A stretch of DNA of 64,000 bases from Octopus sinensis (lineage: Eukaryota): contig NC_043006.1 of assembly GCF_006345805.1 (NCBI RefSeq), positions 43,090,001 through 43,154,000 on the forward strand. Reading direction: 5' to 3'. Positions within the stretch are counted from its first letter, which is position 1; the number at the start of each line of letters is the position of its first letter. The notes under the pieces are model-generated. The model searched no databases. It saw only the letters and a list, made by a program, of their open reading frames with translations, and was not told where the DNA came from. Positions 51,208 to 64,000 of this stretch are shown one piece after another. The translations under genes and the position numbers were made by a program.

Positions 51208-52034
51208 CACTGTTCCACCCATGCTAGCATGGAAGATGAACGTTAAATGATGATGCTGATGATTATATCTATATACATACATATATATGTGTGTATGTAT
51301 GTGTATATGCATATATATCATTTATAGTGTGTATATATATATATATACTAGCAGTATCGCCCGGCGTTGCTCGGGTTTGTAAGGGAAATAATTATATAAG
51401 CATTTTTAGAGATGTAAAGTATAATAGCCATATTGAGATGGCTAACCACAAAGGGGGAGGGGTGTTACTGTAGCTTTTTACGTTCTGAGATTTAATAATA
51501 AATTTTAGAGAGTTACTTCCCTTATATATGTCAAAAATGGATTAAAAATGGGAAAAATTGATGGTAAATTTTTTTTTAAATCGTAGACTCATCGTAGACG
51601 CGCGCTAATACCCAGACGGTCTCGATATGAATCACGACTATAAGATACCCGGTTTTGATTAAACTGCACCGCAAAATGTGGGAGTAGTTAGGAATCTAAA
51701 TCGTAGGAGACAGACACACAACCTCACTTTTATATATAAAGATTTCCTCTATTTACATAATATTGAGGTCTCTTTCTTTCTTTTGTTATCTTACTGTTTT
51801 TACCAATATACATATATATATATATATAAATATATATATAGTTACAGAGATGTACTTGCATAGCAAGTGACTTGATCTGAGATCGTGTGCTGGAACGAAA
51901 ACAGTTGCAGCGTTGAAGGTGTTTATAAGCCATTTAAGAAACACACAAAAACCGTTAGATTCACTTCAACATTTAAATTTAATTTGTCAAAATATTTTCG
52001 TCGCTTTGAGACCGCGACCTGTTAGCACGATATT

Positions 52035-52085
52035 TTTGTCAGTGAACAGGTCGCAGTCTCAAAGTGACGAAAATATTTTGGCAAA
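52035..52085 (+). ncRNA. Hammerhead-like motif with G3-C8 core (second copy)
   Basis: uuuguca-GUGAACA-g gucgc agucucaaa gugac-GAAA-a ua UUU-uggcaaa. Confidence 0.55.
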
Positions 52086-52519
52086 TTAAATTTAAATGTT
52101 GAAGTGAATGTAACGGTTTTTGTGTGTTTCTTAAATGGCTTACAAACACCTTCCAGGCTGCAATATATATATACACACATATATATATATGTATGTATGT
52201 ATGTATATGTGTATGCATGTATGTGTGTGTGTGTGCGTGTCTGTGCTTGTGATTGTCCTCCACCACTGCTTGACAACGAATGTTGGTTTGTTTACATCCC
52301 TGTCACCTAGTGGTTTGAGAAAGGAAACAGATAGAATAAGTACAATGCTTACAAAAATAAAACTGGTGTTGATTCATTAAACTACAATTCTTCAAGGCAT
52401 TGCCCCAGCATGGCCACAGACCAATGGCTGGAAAAAGCAGAAGAATAAAAGAATACATTCTCTGCTTTGGTCTTATGTTCAAGGCATGAGAAAGCTTGAG
52501 TTTACATGAGAAGGCCTAA

Positions 52520-53000
52520 CAGACCTGGTAGAAACAGCAGCAAAATCTCCCTCAAATCACACCTTACTGTCTTATGTATGTATATATATATGAGCCAATG
52601 AGGGGGACCTCTACATGGTAGCTAGACCTGGTAGAAATAGCAGCCAAATTTCCCCCAAATCACACCTTACTGTCTTATCTATGTATATATGTATGTATGA
52701 GCCTATGAGGGAGACCCCTACATGGCAGCTAGACCTGATAGAAATAGCAGCCAAATTTCCCCCAAATCACACCTTACTGTCTTATCTATGTATATATGTA
52801 TGTATGAGCCTATGAGGGAGACCCCTACATGGCAGCTAGACCTGGTAGAAATAGCAGCCAAATTTCCCCCAAATCACACCTTACTGTCTTATCTATGTAT
52901 ATATGTATGTATGAGCCTATGAGGGAGACCCCTACATGGCAGCTAGACATGGTAGAAATAGCAGCCAAATCTCCCTCAAATCACACCTTACTGTCTTATC
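52520..53000. repeat. 107-bp tandem repeat (~4.5 units; ~2.5 units at 36920-37190)
   Basis: Unit atgagcctatgagggagacccctacatggcagctagacctggtagaaatagcagccaaat... recurs every 107 bp, as also shown by ORF starts 52615, 52722, 52829 and 52936. Confidence 0.9.
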
Positions 53001-53066
53001 TTTCTGCTACTTGGATATAGGTGTTATATTCGTTGTAAAAAACTTTCCTGTCACACACTCACGCAG

Positions 53067-53104
<38 letters not shown>

Positions 53105-53519
53105 CCTCACACACACACACACGCGCACACCCACACACACCCACTCACACACACGCACGTTAGCTTACAATTTTATTTATATATTTGCGTGTCTATGTGT
53201 TGAAAGAGGAAGTGGGAGGCAGAGTGAAAGAATCACTCACTACAGTAAGTCAATTACTTTCATTTTATTCGTTGCCCACTGTGTGTGTGCGTTTGCGTGT
53301 GCTGTAAACCAGACTAAGAAAAGCATTTGACACACACACCAGAATGTGAGTTTTCTGTAAATTTTGCTTAATTGGAGTTTAAATTTTTAAAACTGGACCT
53401 GGCATGACGCGATGCATTGTACTCTTAAAAATGCAAGGTAAATTGTAATTGAAGAAATCCTATATTGTAGATTTGTATAACTCCCAAAGGGAGGCAGATA
53501 AAATCTGCCTTTTATAATA

Positions 53520-53550
<31 letters not shown>

Positions 53551-53553
<3 letters not shown>

Positions 53554-53769
53554 AGGTGTGCTGTAAAGTTCCCGGCTTTGAGGGTATCGGCAAAAGACCT
53601 GGTTGGGGTGCTCAACATTTCGAATTCTTTTATCAGGCTTAGAAAAACTGAAGGACCACTGCAATAAATGTGTGGATCTGAGAAAGGAATATGTTGAATA
53701 AAATCATAATTAAATAACTCTCCTGTGTTTTCTTTTACTGAAAGCCAGAAACTTTTCAACACACCCTTG
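53551..53769. mobile_element. mariner-derived MITE
   Basis: TIRs caaaggtgtgctgtaaagttcccggcttt / aaagccagaaacttttcaacacacccttg. Confidence 0.75.
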
Positions 53770-53780
53770 TGTGTATGTGC

Positions 53781-53817
<37 letters not shown>

Positions 53818-54442
53818 TATATGTATACACATACAAACTTATATATGCATACATCTGCTATGTGCTTGTGAGTTTTTTGCTTTGTGTGTGTGTGTGTATA
53901 CTTACATACATACATACATAGAAAGATTTTTTTTATCCATATGTGTCTATGCATTCACATGCCTTTTGCTCACAACATTTGGCAGAGAAAATTCTCTCTT
54001 TAAAGAAAATGATTGTAAAAGTTTCCAAAGTGTCACCTTCACACTTTTCCCAACTCACTTCTCTCATACAAAAAACGCACACATATATAACTACACGCAT
54101 TTACACACACAAATACATACATAAATTCATACATTCATATATTCATATATTCATCCTTCGATACATATCGTTCATTTACATTGGAAAATTAAATTTTAAA
54201 ACCATCGTCATTCTTTTACAGTTCTGTCTACGCCATTGTATCCTAGCCTGCAAACTTCTGATAGCTTTGCAAAACCCAAAGACTTTGACAAGTACGTTAC
54301 GTTTTTAATTTCTTCCTTTTTTTTCTTTTTTTTTTACTTTTCTTTTACATCGTATTTTATATCTTTAGTTTAGTCTTGACAAATTTTCATTCATGGTTTA
54401 TCGAAATTATTATTATTTTATTCATATCATCATCACTATCAC

Positions 54443-54497
<55 letters not shown>

Positions 54498-56742
54498 TGT
54501 TATTATAATGTTATTATTATCATGTTATTATTTGTATTATCACCATTACTACTATGATTATTACTATTATTACTACTACTACTATTATCATTTTCATCAT
54601 TGTAGTTCTTATTTTTGTTATTTTTATAAATGCAGTTTTGTTGTTTTCTTCTTTTGTCTTTGTCTTTTTTCTTTTTGTTTTGTTTTGTTTTATTTATTTA
54701 TTTATTTATTTATTTTTTTACCTTATCCTAGCACAATGTAGCAATTTAGAAAGAGAACAATGCAATATGCCTTTATAACTACAGGGAAGAACTTCACTAA
54801 ACTGTCAAACTCTATTTTAAGAAAGAGACGAATGGGATTTGGAGAAATTTTATTTTCTGAAGAAGGAACAAAGAAACACAATTTCCTCTTTCTATTTTCC
54901 TTTTTGAAGTTGTTGTTACTGATTCGTATCAGTAGTTGTTGTTGCTATTGCTGATATATAGTTGTTGTTGTTGTTATGGTTATTGTTATAGTTGTTGTAG
55001 TAGATATTGTTGTTATCGATGTTGTTTCTGTTGTTATTGCTTTCATATCAATTTTTGTAGTTACCACTGTTTCATATTAATGTCTTTTCTGTTGTTTGTT
55101 GTTTTATATTGTACTGGTGGATTTCAACTGTATGAACATAATAATGGTTGTTTCAATGATAGGATGTCAAAATTTTGTTCCTGAGTTCAAAGTTAAAGAG
55201 CTGTGAGTTATTTTGTGAAGCAAAGACACAGGAAAATGAAAAAAAAAAAAAATAATAATGACTAAATACGAAAAAAAGACAGTCAAAGGAGAAGAGGCAC
55301 TTCATGTAACCTTTGTACTTGCTTTCAAACTTGGGAGATTGATACGGTTTATGTTTAGCTTGATCATACATTTATAGGTCAATGTTTGCTGTGAAGGAAT
55401 GGTTCACCATAGGATTACAGAACTGTGAAGGAAGGATAGGACAATGTATTTAGAGCAGATTTTTCTGGTAAGTGAGATGCAGTAAGGTTGATCGAAGGAC
55501 GTGACATGGGTTAGGTGGTTTTGCATGGGTGGTGAGGGTATCGAACTAGTTATTCAGAATAAAAGTGGTTGTTTGTCTGTCAAGGGTTATACAAGAGGCA
55601 AAGGAGAAAACAATGTATGTATAGCCCAGTGATTGAAGCATGTTGATCAGTGAATCCTTGCCAATCAATCAGAGAGTCTTTTGGATGTGGTCTTCAATGC
55701 TCATGCATACAGCAACAACATCAGTGGAGGCGCAATGGCCCAGTGGTTAGGGCAGCAGACTCAGTCGTGAGAACATGGTTTCGATTCCCAGACCGGGCAT
55801 TGTGAGTGTTTATTGAGCAAAAACACATAAGTGCCACGAGGCTCCAGCAGGGGGTGGTAGTGAACCCTGCTGTACTCTTTCACCACAACTTTCTCTCACT
55901 CTTTCTTCCTACTTCTGCCACAAAGCAGAGAAACCATGGTGTAACCCACTATGGTGTGGTAAACTTTCAGACCCTAGTCTAGATTGCGAATCCTCTGTAC
56001 CCCAGGGTGGTTCAGCTCTCCACCCATTAAAAGCCACCGTTTACGGAATGAGGATAACAGCGTAGCTTTCACACCCGTGCAACCACCAGTCTATCGCGTG
56101 TGGTGGGTGGATCTTCAAGTCGCCACATGCATTCTTAAGAGCTTAGAGTAGGCTCGAATTAGAGATTATTCTTTGTGGCTAATGGCCTGAGTCCTGATTA
56201 GAGGAAGGAGAAGAGAAAGAAGAAGAAGAAGCAATAGCATCAACCACCTATACATGAACAATAACGCAAAGTAGGTATCTTTGTATTTGTCTGATATTTT
56301 AGTATGAGACAAACCCATGGGCATGGTTGTGTGGTAAGAAGTTTTCTTCCCAACCACATGGTTCTGAGTTCAGTTTCACTGTATGGTACCTTGGATACGT
56401 GTCTTCTAATATAACCCCAGACCAACCAAAGCCATGTGAGTAAATTTGCTTGATGGAAACTGAAAGAAACCTCTTGTGTATGTTTGTGTGTGTGTGTCTT
56501 AGTGTTTATACTTGTTCCCCTATTACTGCTTGACAACTGTTGTTGGTTTATTTACATTCCTATAGCTTAGCAGTTCAGCATGACGACCTGATAAAATAAG
56601 TGCATCGCTTTAAAAAAAGTAAAATAACTCCTCAGCTCAATTTGTTTCACTAAACCCTTCAAGACGGTGCCCCAGCATGGCCACAGTCCAATGACAGGAA
56701 CAAGTAAAAGTTAAAAGATATAGAATTCATCAAGTGTGGTGA

Positions 56743-57185
56743 GTCTAGGACATATACCCCTCATGGACAATAAACCTCCTGACTAGGACAACAGATGATA
56801 ATTTAAAACTTCTTAATATATTGGAGAGGAGGTAATTAAACAGGGAGTGGGGGTGGTAATTATCCTAGGGGATAGTTGTCACTGGGGGAAATTGTCCTAG
56901 GAGAGTAATTGTCCTAATATAATGTATATACATGTGTGTGTGTATGTATGTCTGTGTGTGTGCGTGTGTGTATGAGTCTAGGACATTTACCCCCCACCCC
57001 ATGTACAATAACCCCACCCAAGGACAATTACCCCTGAGGACAACAGACAATGATTTAAAGCTTCTTAATATATTAGAGGGGGGTAATAAACCAAATGGGG
57101 TAATATTCCTAGGGCGTAGTTGTCATCGGGGGAATTGTTGTATGGGGGAGGTCATCGTCCTGGGGGTGGAATTGTCCTGATACGA
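56743..57185. mobile_element. Two adjacent MITE-like units with reiterated ggacaattacccc / ggggtaattgtcc subterminal repeats
   Basis: Units ~56743-56915 and ~56976-57183 share a central tttaaaacttcttaatatatt segment and inverted short repeats. Confidence 0.6.
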
Positions 57186-58160
57186 CTGCTATTTGTAGCA
57201 TAATGTTTTCAGTGATTTTCATATGGTCAAAATGTTCGCTTCATAAGAATGTAGTATCTGTTACATGTTTCAATCATTGGATTGCAGCCATGCTGGAGCA
57301 CCTCCTCAAAGGATTTTAACTAAAAAATTTCAATCCTAATCATTAGTTTTTAAGCCTATTACTGATTCTCATTCAATCAGTTTCTTATTTATTTATTGTC
57401 CACAAGGGGCTAAACATAGAGGGGGCAGGCAAGGACAGACAAAGGGGTTAAGTCAATTACATCAACCCCAGTGCATAACTGGTACTTAATTTATCGACCC
57501 CGAAAGGATGAAAGGCAAAGTCAACCTCGGTGGAATTTGAACTCAGATCATAACAGCAGACGAAATACCGCTAAGCATTTCGCCCGGCATGCTAATGTTT
57601 CTACCAGCTTGCCACCTTTTTTTTTTCACATGGAGCTTAGGTGTTTCGTCCGATCTGAGATTCGAACCCGCGATCCCTCAGCCGCAAGTCCGCTGTTCTA
57701 ACCACTAGGCCATGTGCCTCATTCAATCAGTTTTTATTACTGAACTAAGATATGAGGATGTAAACACCCCAACACTGGATATCATGTGGTGCTGGATGGG
57801 GGGCATTGTTAACGGCAGTGTACATGGCTTGCATAATATTACAATTATTGCTTCAGTCTTGTTTTTTTGTTTTTAGTGACTTCTAGACTAAGGGCCTATA
57901 GTCCAGGTGTGTTAGGTGTGTGCTAAACACCCATCAAAAATGGCAAATTCATTATAAATATTACTCATTAATTTTTTTCTTTTATTTGTTCCAGTCATTT
58001 GACTGTGGCCATGCTGAAGTACTGCCTTTAGTCGAAGAAATTGACCCCAAGACTTATTCTTTGTAAGCCTAGTACTTATTCTATTAGTCTCTTTTGACAA
58101 ACTGCCAAGTTACAGGGACATAGACATGCCAACATCAGAGAGACAAAAACAGACACACAT

Positions 58161-58191
<31 letters not shown>

Positions 58192-58193
<2 letters not shown>

Positions 58194-59410
58194 GGGGTTG
58201 GACAAAATAATGGAAACACTTTAAAATTTCAAACAAATTTATTTTAATATGGGGTAGGGCCGTCTTTGGCAGTGATTACAGCTTGAATTCTACAAGATAT
58301 GGACTCATACAGAATTTGAATTGTTTCCAAAGGAATTTTTCTCCATTCTTCAGTTAAAACAGTTTCTACTTCTTGCAGTGATAGTGAAGGATATCGACTC
58401 CTTACTTGTTTTTCTAAAATGCACAATAAATGTTCAATGATATTGAGATCTGGGGACTGTGGGGGCCAGATAAGATGTTCAACTTCACTAGAATGTTCCT
58501 CGTGCCATTCAGTAACAACTTCAGCTGTGTGAATTGGTGCATTATCATCCTGAAAGACAGCGTTTCTCTCCGGAAACAGTTCTGCAACCATTGGATGAAT
58601 TTGATCAGATAAAATACATAAACAGTCTTGACTATTAATTCTGCCATGAAGGGAAACCATTGGGCTGGCAGATTTCCAAGATATAGCCCCCCAGATCATC
58701 ACAGATCTTCCTCCATGTTTAACAGCTGGAAGAAGGTAGTTTGGGTCAAATGCTTCTTTTGGCTGTCTATACACGTATACTCGGCCGGTGGCTGGAAATA
58801 AGGTAAATGATATCTCGTCTGAGAAAATAACATTCTTCCACTGCTCTATGGACTAATTCTATAGGTTTTTACTCCACTCTAAACGCTTTGCAACGTTTGT
58901 TTTTGAAAGTAGTGGTTTTCTGATTGCAGCCCTCCTGTGAAATCCGGCTTTGTGCAGCTCCCAGCAAACAGTTTTTGTATAAACTGGTTTCTCGAGGTGG
59001 TCATTAAGATCTGCAGTAATTTTGGGAGCTGTACTTTTGTGATCCTTTCTAACAATTCGCGTAAGTGTTCAACAGTCCCTATCTGAAAGTTTTGGTATTC
59101 TTCCGGAGTTTTTTCCCTTTCTCAAAGGCTGTCATTACTTTCGAGACAGTACTTCTTGATACACCAAACATTTCAGCTGTTTTCATTACGCTAGAGCCTG
59201 CGATACGAACACCAACAATTTGACCTCTTTGAAAGTTTAATGAATTTTGATTACCTTTTTCTGATAATATCTGAAAAGAAACAGCAATTTTACCAATACT
59301 AATAATAAATCAAAAAACATAAAAATAAACAAGCTTTTGATGGTTTTATAGATACTTCAAAATTATGATGCTATGGTACTAGGTGTTTCCATTATTTTGT
59401 CCAACCTCTG
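58192..59410 (-). mobile_element. Tc1 (DD34E) DNA transposon, decayed full-length copy
   Basis: TIRs aggggttggacaaaataatggaaacac / gtgtttccattattttgtccaacctct in TA context. ORF 58244-58774 has VKHGG.SVMIWG, FQDDNAPIH and WPPQSPDLNIIEH. Confidence 0.92.
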
Positions 59411-60094
59411 TATATATATATATATATACACGATGGTTTTCATTCAGTTTCATTCTACCACACAAGGCTTTGGTCAGCCTGAAACTATAATAGAAGACAC
59501 TTGCCCAAGGTGCCACACAGTGGGACTGAACCTAGAACCATGTGGTTGGTAAGCAAGCTACTTACCACATAGCCACTCCTCACAAATCTTAATGGAAATC
59601 ATTTGCTTTTCTCTTTCTTGAAATTTAGTGGCATTAGGTGTGCCACCACGCCCTTTACAACAACAACCATACACCACTGTTCTAGACTACTAAGCAATAT
59701 ACAGACTCAAAGGTAGTGTATGCATTTCTTTGTGTCAACAAGTGCTAGATAGAGTGGCTTGCTCTTTGCAAAGGACTTCTCTTGTAGTTGTCTCTTTAAA
59801 AAGACAGCTCTGAAATAAATTTTATCTAGGTTAACCTATATATGCCCATAGATAAATGAAGTCTTAGAATTTCACTGTATTTAGATTAAATGTTATGGTA
59901 AGCTTTCACAATCTGGAAGAGAAGGATAGTATGCAACTGTTAGCTACAGGTGTTGATTATCTACTGAACATCTCATATGCTCAGTTAGATACTTTCCGAC
60001 GAGTTCACACAAGTAGGAGCAGGTTTTGCATTGTGAAAACGCAACCAGGGGTATATATGAGTTAATTTTTCCTTTTAATTACTTGTAGAATGAC

Positions 60095-60745
60095 AAGGCA
60101 GTAGTGAGCTAGCAGAATTATTAGCACATTAAGGCAGCAAGCTGGCAGAAATGTTAGCACACCAGGCGAAATGCTTAGCAGTATTTCGTCTGTCTTTATG
60201 TTCTGAGTTCAAATTCCACTGAGGTTGACTTTGCCTTTCATTCTTTCAGGGTCGATTAAATAAGTACCAGTTACGCACTGGGGTCGATCTAATCAACTAG
60301 CCCCCTTCCCAAAAATTTCAGGCTTTGTGCCTAGAGTAGAAAAGAATATATCCGTTTGGAAAGGCAGCAAGCTGGCAGAATCATTAGCACACCGGGCGAA
60401 ATGCTTAGCAGTATTTCGTCTGTTTTTACGTTCTGAGTTCAAATTCCACCGAGGTCAACTTTGCCTTTCATCCTTTTGGGGTCGATAAATTAAGTATCAG
60501 TTGCATTCTGGGGTCGATCTAATAGACTGGCCTCCTACCCATTAGCATGTTAGGGAAAACGACTAGCAGCATTTTTACTGACTCGTTAGATTCTGAGTTC
60601 AAATTCTACTCAGATCCACTTTGCTTTGCATCCTTTCGAGATTGATAAAATAAAGTACCATTTAAGCACTGATGTTGATGTAACTAACTGCTCCTCCCCT
60701 TAAAATAACTGACCATGTGCCAGAATCCGAAAGAATTATTTATGA
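60095..60745 (+). mobile_element. SINE family C with Meta-like central domain, three tandem copies
   Basis: Shared gactttgcctttcatcctttcggggtcgataaa..aagtaccag segment. Other copies at 31758-31945 +, 57400-57615 - and 62938-63140 +. Confidence 0.75.
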
Positions 60746-61271
60746 AATAACACCTACTCTTACTTCTGTAACTAAGTTGATCAGTTTGATAGTAGCATTT
60801 GATGTCGACGATGATGATGATGGCGATGCTGCTGCTGCTGCTGATGATGATGATAGTGACGATGATACAATGGTGTCAGTCATTTGGGGATGGCTCCTTC
60901 TGGAAGTATCTGAGTGACAAGTACATGTCCTCCTTCATAGAATATATTCAGCTTTGCCATGAATATTAATCCCTGATGGTTTAGCTGCTTTCCCAAGCTT
61001 TATATCCTTAACAGCTATTTCAACTATAGAGCTGTCAATTTCAATACCTAGTCCCTCTGAAACATACACGCATACAAATAAACAGATATGTAAACACACA
61101 CACACATGTATGTGTGTATATATACATATATATATATGTATGTATGTGTATATATATATATGTATGTATGTATGTGTATATATATATATGTATGTATATG
61201 TATGTATGTGTATATATATATGTATGTATGTATATGTATATATATATATGCATGTATGTGTATATATATAT

Positions 61272-61323
<52 letters not shown>

Positions 61324-61675
61324 ATATATATATGTATGTGTATATATATGTATGTGTATATGTATATATATGTATGTGTATATGTATATATATGTATGTG
61401 TATATATATATATATTTATATACATATATATATGTGTGTGTGTATTATAATAATATTTTTATAATTATACTTAATTATGTATATATATATATAAAAACAT
61501 ACATACATATACATATGTATATACATATACGTATTATATGTGTGTTTGTATACACACATGCACACACAATGTACATATAACTGCATATCTATAGATGTCC
61601 ATTCATGTGTGTGTATGTATATTTAACCATCTGTTTCTTTATCTAAGTGTATATGTATGTATATACATATACATT

Positions 61676-61709
<34 letters not shown>

Positions 61710-61940
61710 CATACACGATTGTATATCTAGGCATGTATGTGTTATGTATGTATAAATGCTTGTGCATATTTGAGTGTAACATTCATATAACTATATTTGT
61801 ATTCATGTTTGTCATTATAAACATGCAGAAATATATGTATATCTATGTGTGTATTACTGTATACATAACAGATATGAATATTTATATATGAATACACTTA
61901 AATACATAAATACGAATGAATGAAAATGTATACATATATG

Positions 61941-61974
<34 letters not shown>

Positions 61975-63434
61975 GTAAATAAAAAAAATAAACTCAAAAA
62001 AGCAACGTGAGGATGTGGTACATATATGTACGTATACACACACACACTCACACACACATATATACACACATTTGTGTGTAATTGGTCGAAAATTTGAACT
62101 AAGTCATGTATTAAGTTCTATTTCTTCTGTATATTCCACCAAACCCAGACATACATGGATATATGTGTATGTATATATATGTATATCTATATAGATAGAT
62201 ATATAGACAGACAGACTGACAGGCAGATGGATAGATAGACAGACAGACAGATAGATAGATAGATATTGGCTTACCAGTTCCAGTGAAACTATATCTATAT
62301 AGATATATATATAGACAGACAGGCAGGCAGATAGATAGATAAATAGATATATTGACAGGTAGATAGAGAGGTAAACAGATAGATAGATAGATATTTGCTT
62401 ACCAGTTCCAGTGAAACTGTCTAACCCATGCCAGCATGGAAAACAAACATTAAATGATGTGTGTGTGTGTAAGAAGCAAAGTGTTTTTCATCATCATCAC
62501 TATTTACATCCTCTTTTATATGATTTGATGGGTTAGATGAGAACATATTGGAGTATTACTTTTCTATGACCAGATGGCCTGTTTGACGCCTGTTTCCAAG
62601 CAAGGCAATAATTCCCTCTCAAAACATCATTTTGTTGAACCTAGCTTACCCAAGCCATACACACATCAGCAAAAGTACCATTTAATGTTCAAATATAAGA
62701 ACAAATTCATTCTGATGTTGCTGTGAATGACAGATCTGGTGTTTGTAGCTGATGGCATAAAAGAAAGCAGAAATGCATGTCCTATAATCTGATGACACCA
62801 TTCACTCGATCATAGCACATATAATGCTATATAATGTGTCTTCATAGATGTTGTCTAAGAGAATTTTCTCCCTAGACTATTTCAGCAGCAAGACAGGCCT
62901 TCTTATATCTGAGTGTTTAATATGAACACATGAATAAGGTGGTAGGCAGGAGGAATTCTTAGCATGCTGGGAAAAATGCTTAGCGATATTATCATCCATC
63001 TTTACTTGCTGAATTTGAATTCTGCTGAGATTGACTTTGCCTTTAATTTTTTTCTGGGGTTGATAAAATAAGTACCAGCTGAGCACTGGGGTCAATGTAA
63101 TTGACTTAGCCTCACCCCCAAAATAGCTAGTCGTGTGCCATATATGAATACATATATGCATAGCTAGCTAGATAGGTAGGTAGATAGATGGATGGATAGG
63201 TAGGTAGATAGATAGATTGATCTATCAACAGACAGACAGGGAAGATGGATGGATGAATAGGTAGATAGATAAATAGATAGATGGATGGATTGATCGATTG
63301 ATCTATCAACAGATAGACAGACTGAGAAGATAGATAGAGAGAGATGGATGGATTGATAGGTAGATAGATGGATTGATCTATCGACAGATAGAGAGAGATA
63401 GTTAGATAGATAGATACATAGGTAGGTATGTAGG

Positions 63435-63467
<33 letters not shown>

Positions 63468-64000
63468 GTACATATATATATATATATATATCCACACATC
63501 ATCTATAATTAAAATAATTCATATTTCTATGCCTGCATATTTTGCAGAAAGAGGGAACACCAGCCTGTACATCCAAACACCGGTTGTAACTATGTAAATG
63601 GTCAAACTTCTTTCTCTTCAGTAACTGTTTCATTCTTACCTCACTCCTCTTCTGTTTCTATTTCATACTTATAACTATCACTGGCTGTCATCACCACTAC
63701 AACATATCTCCCAATATTCATGACAGGTCATGCACAAGGCGGTGTTAATTTACACTACACAACCATCCCTTCTTCTGACCATGTGTCACACCAACATCTA
63801 GGGAGCTATTTTACGTCAACAGTATCACAAGGGCAGCAAGAAATGAATTTCCTCATTTTATCTATTATGTATGTATGTGTTCATACATGTATGCAGAACA
63901 GAATTGATGTATAAATATCAAAAAATATATCCAGAGTAATTAAGACCTCAAATGATAAAACATCACTGAATTCCAATATGTTATTACAATGAAGTAAATA

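Larger units (their letters stand above)
51348..53524 (-). mobile_element. Composite non-autonomous Helitron, copy 2
   Basis: Same termini as 35735-37721 with unrelated flanks. Core Helitron at 51348-51742. Confidence 0.75.

Noticed and set aside
57645-57720. tRNA gene
   Set aside because: A and B boxes are present but the acceptor stem does not close, and the sequence continues into family B SINE body.

Overview
AT-rich, microsatellite-dense eukaryotic DNA. The SINE, RTE and MITE families look cephalopod, most likely Octopus (inferred from repeat content, not verified). No host protein-coding gene can be supported, and almost all ORF-track entries are translated microsatellites. The window is a nested transposon landscape: a 5'-truncated RTE LINE with an open RT frame and an inserted PHD-like finger (37743-40485), other RTE, R4/Dong and CR1-type fragments, decayed mariner, Tc1 and piggyBac elements, MITEs, Helentron-like elements, three tRNA-derived SINE families, and a ~2 kb composite Helitron present twice. 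The most striking hidden layer is RNA-structural. About 15 type-I hammerhead ribozyme (HHR) motifs or relics sit in Penelope-like fold-back and tandem repeats inserted into (TA)n tracts. One is a highly structured ~360-bp tandem-plus-inverted repeat (14585-16239) carrying HHRs with a U3-A8 core, a retrozyme/circRNA candidate. A separate family has a G3-C8 core. Three versions of the hammerhead 3-8 tertiary pair therefore co-occur in 64 kb. All structures were folded by eye and none has been tested.
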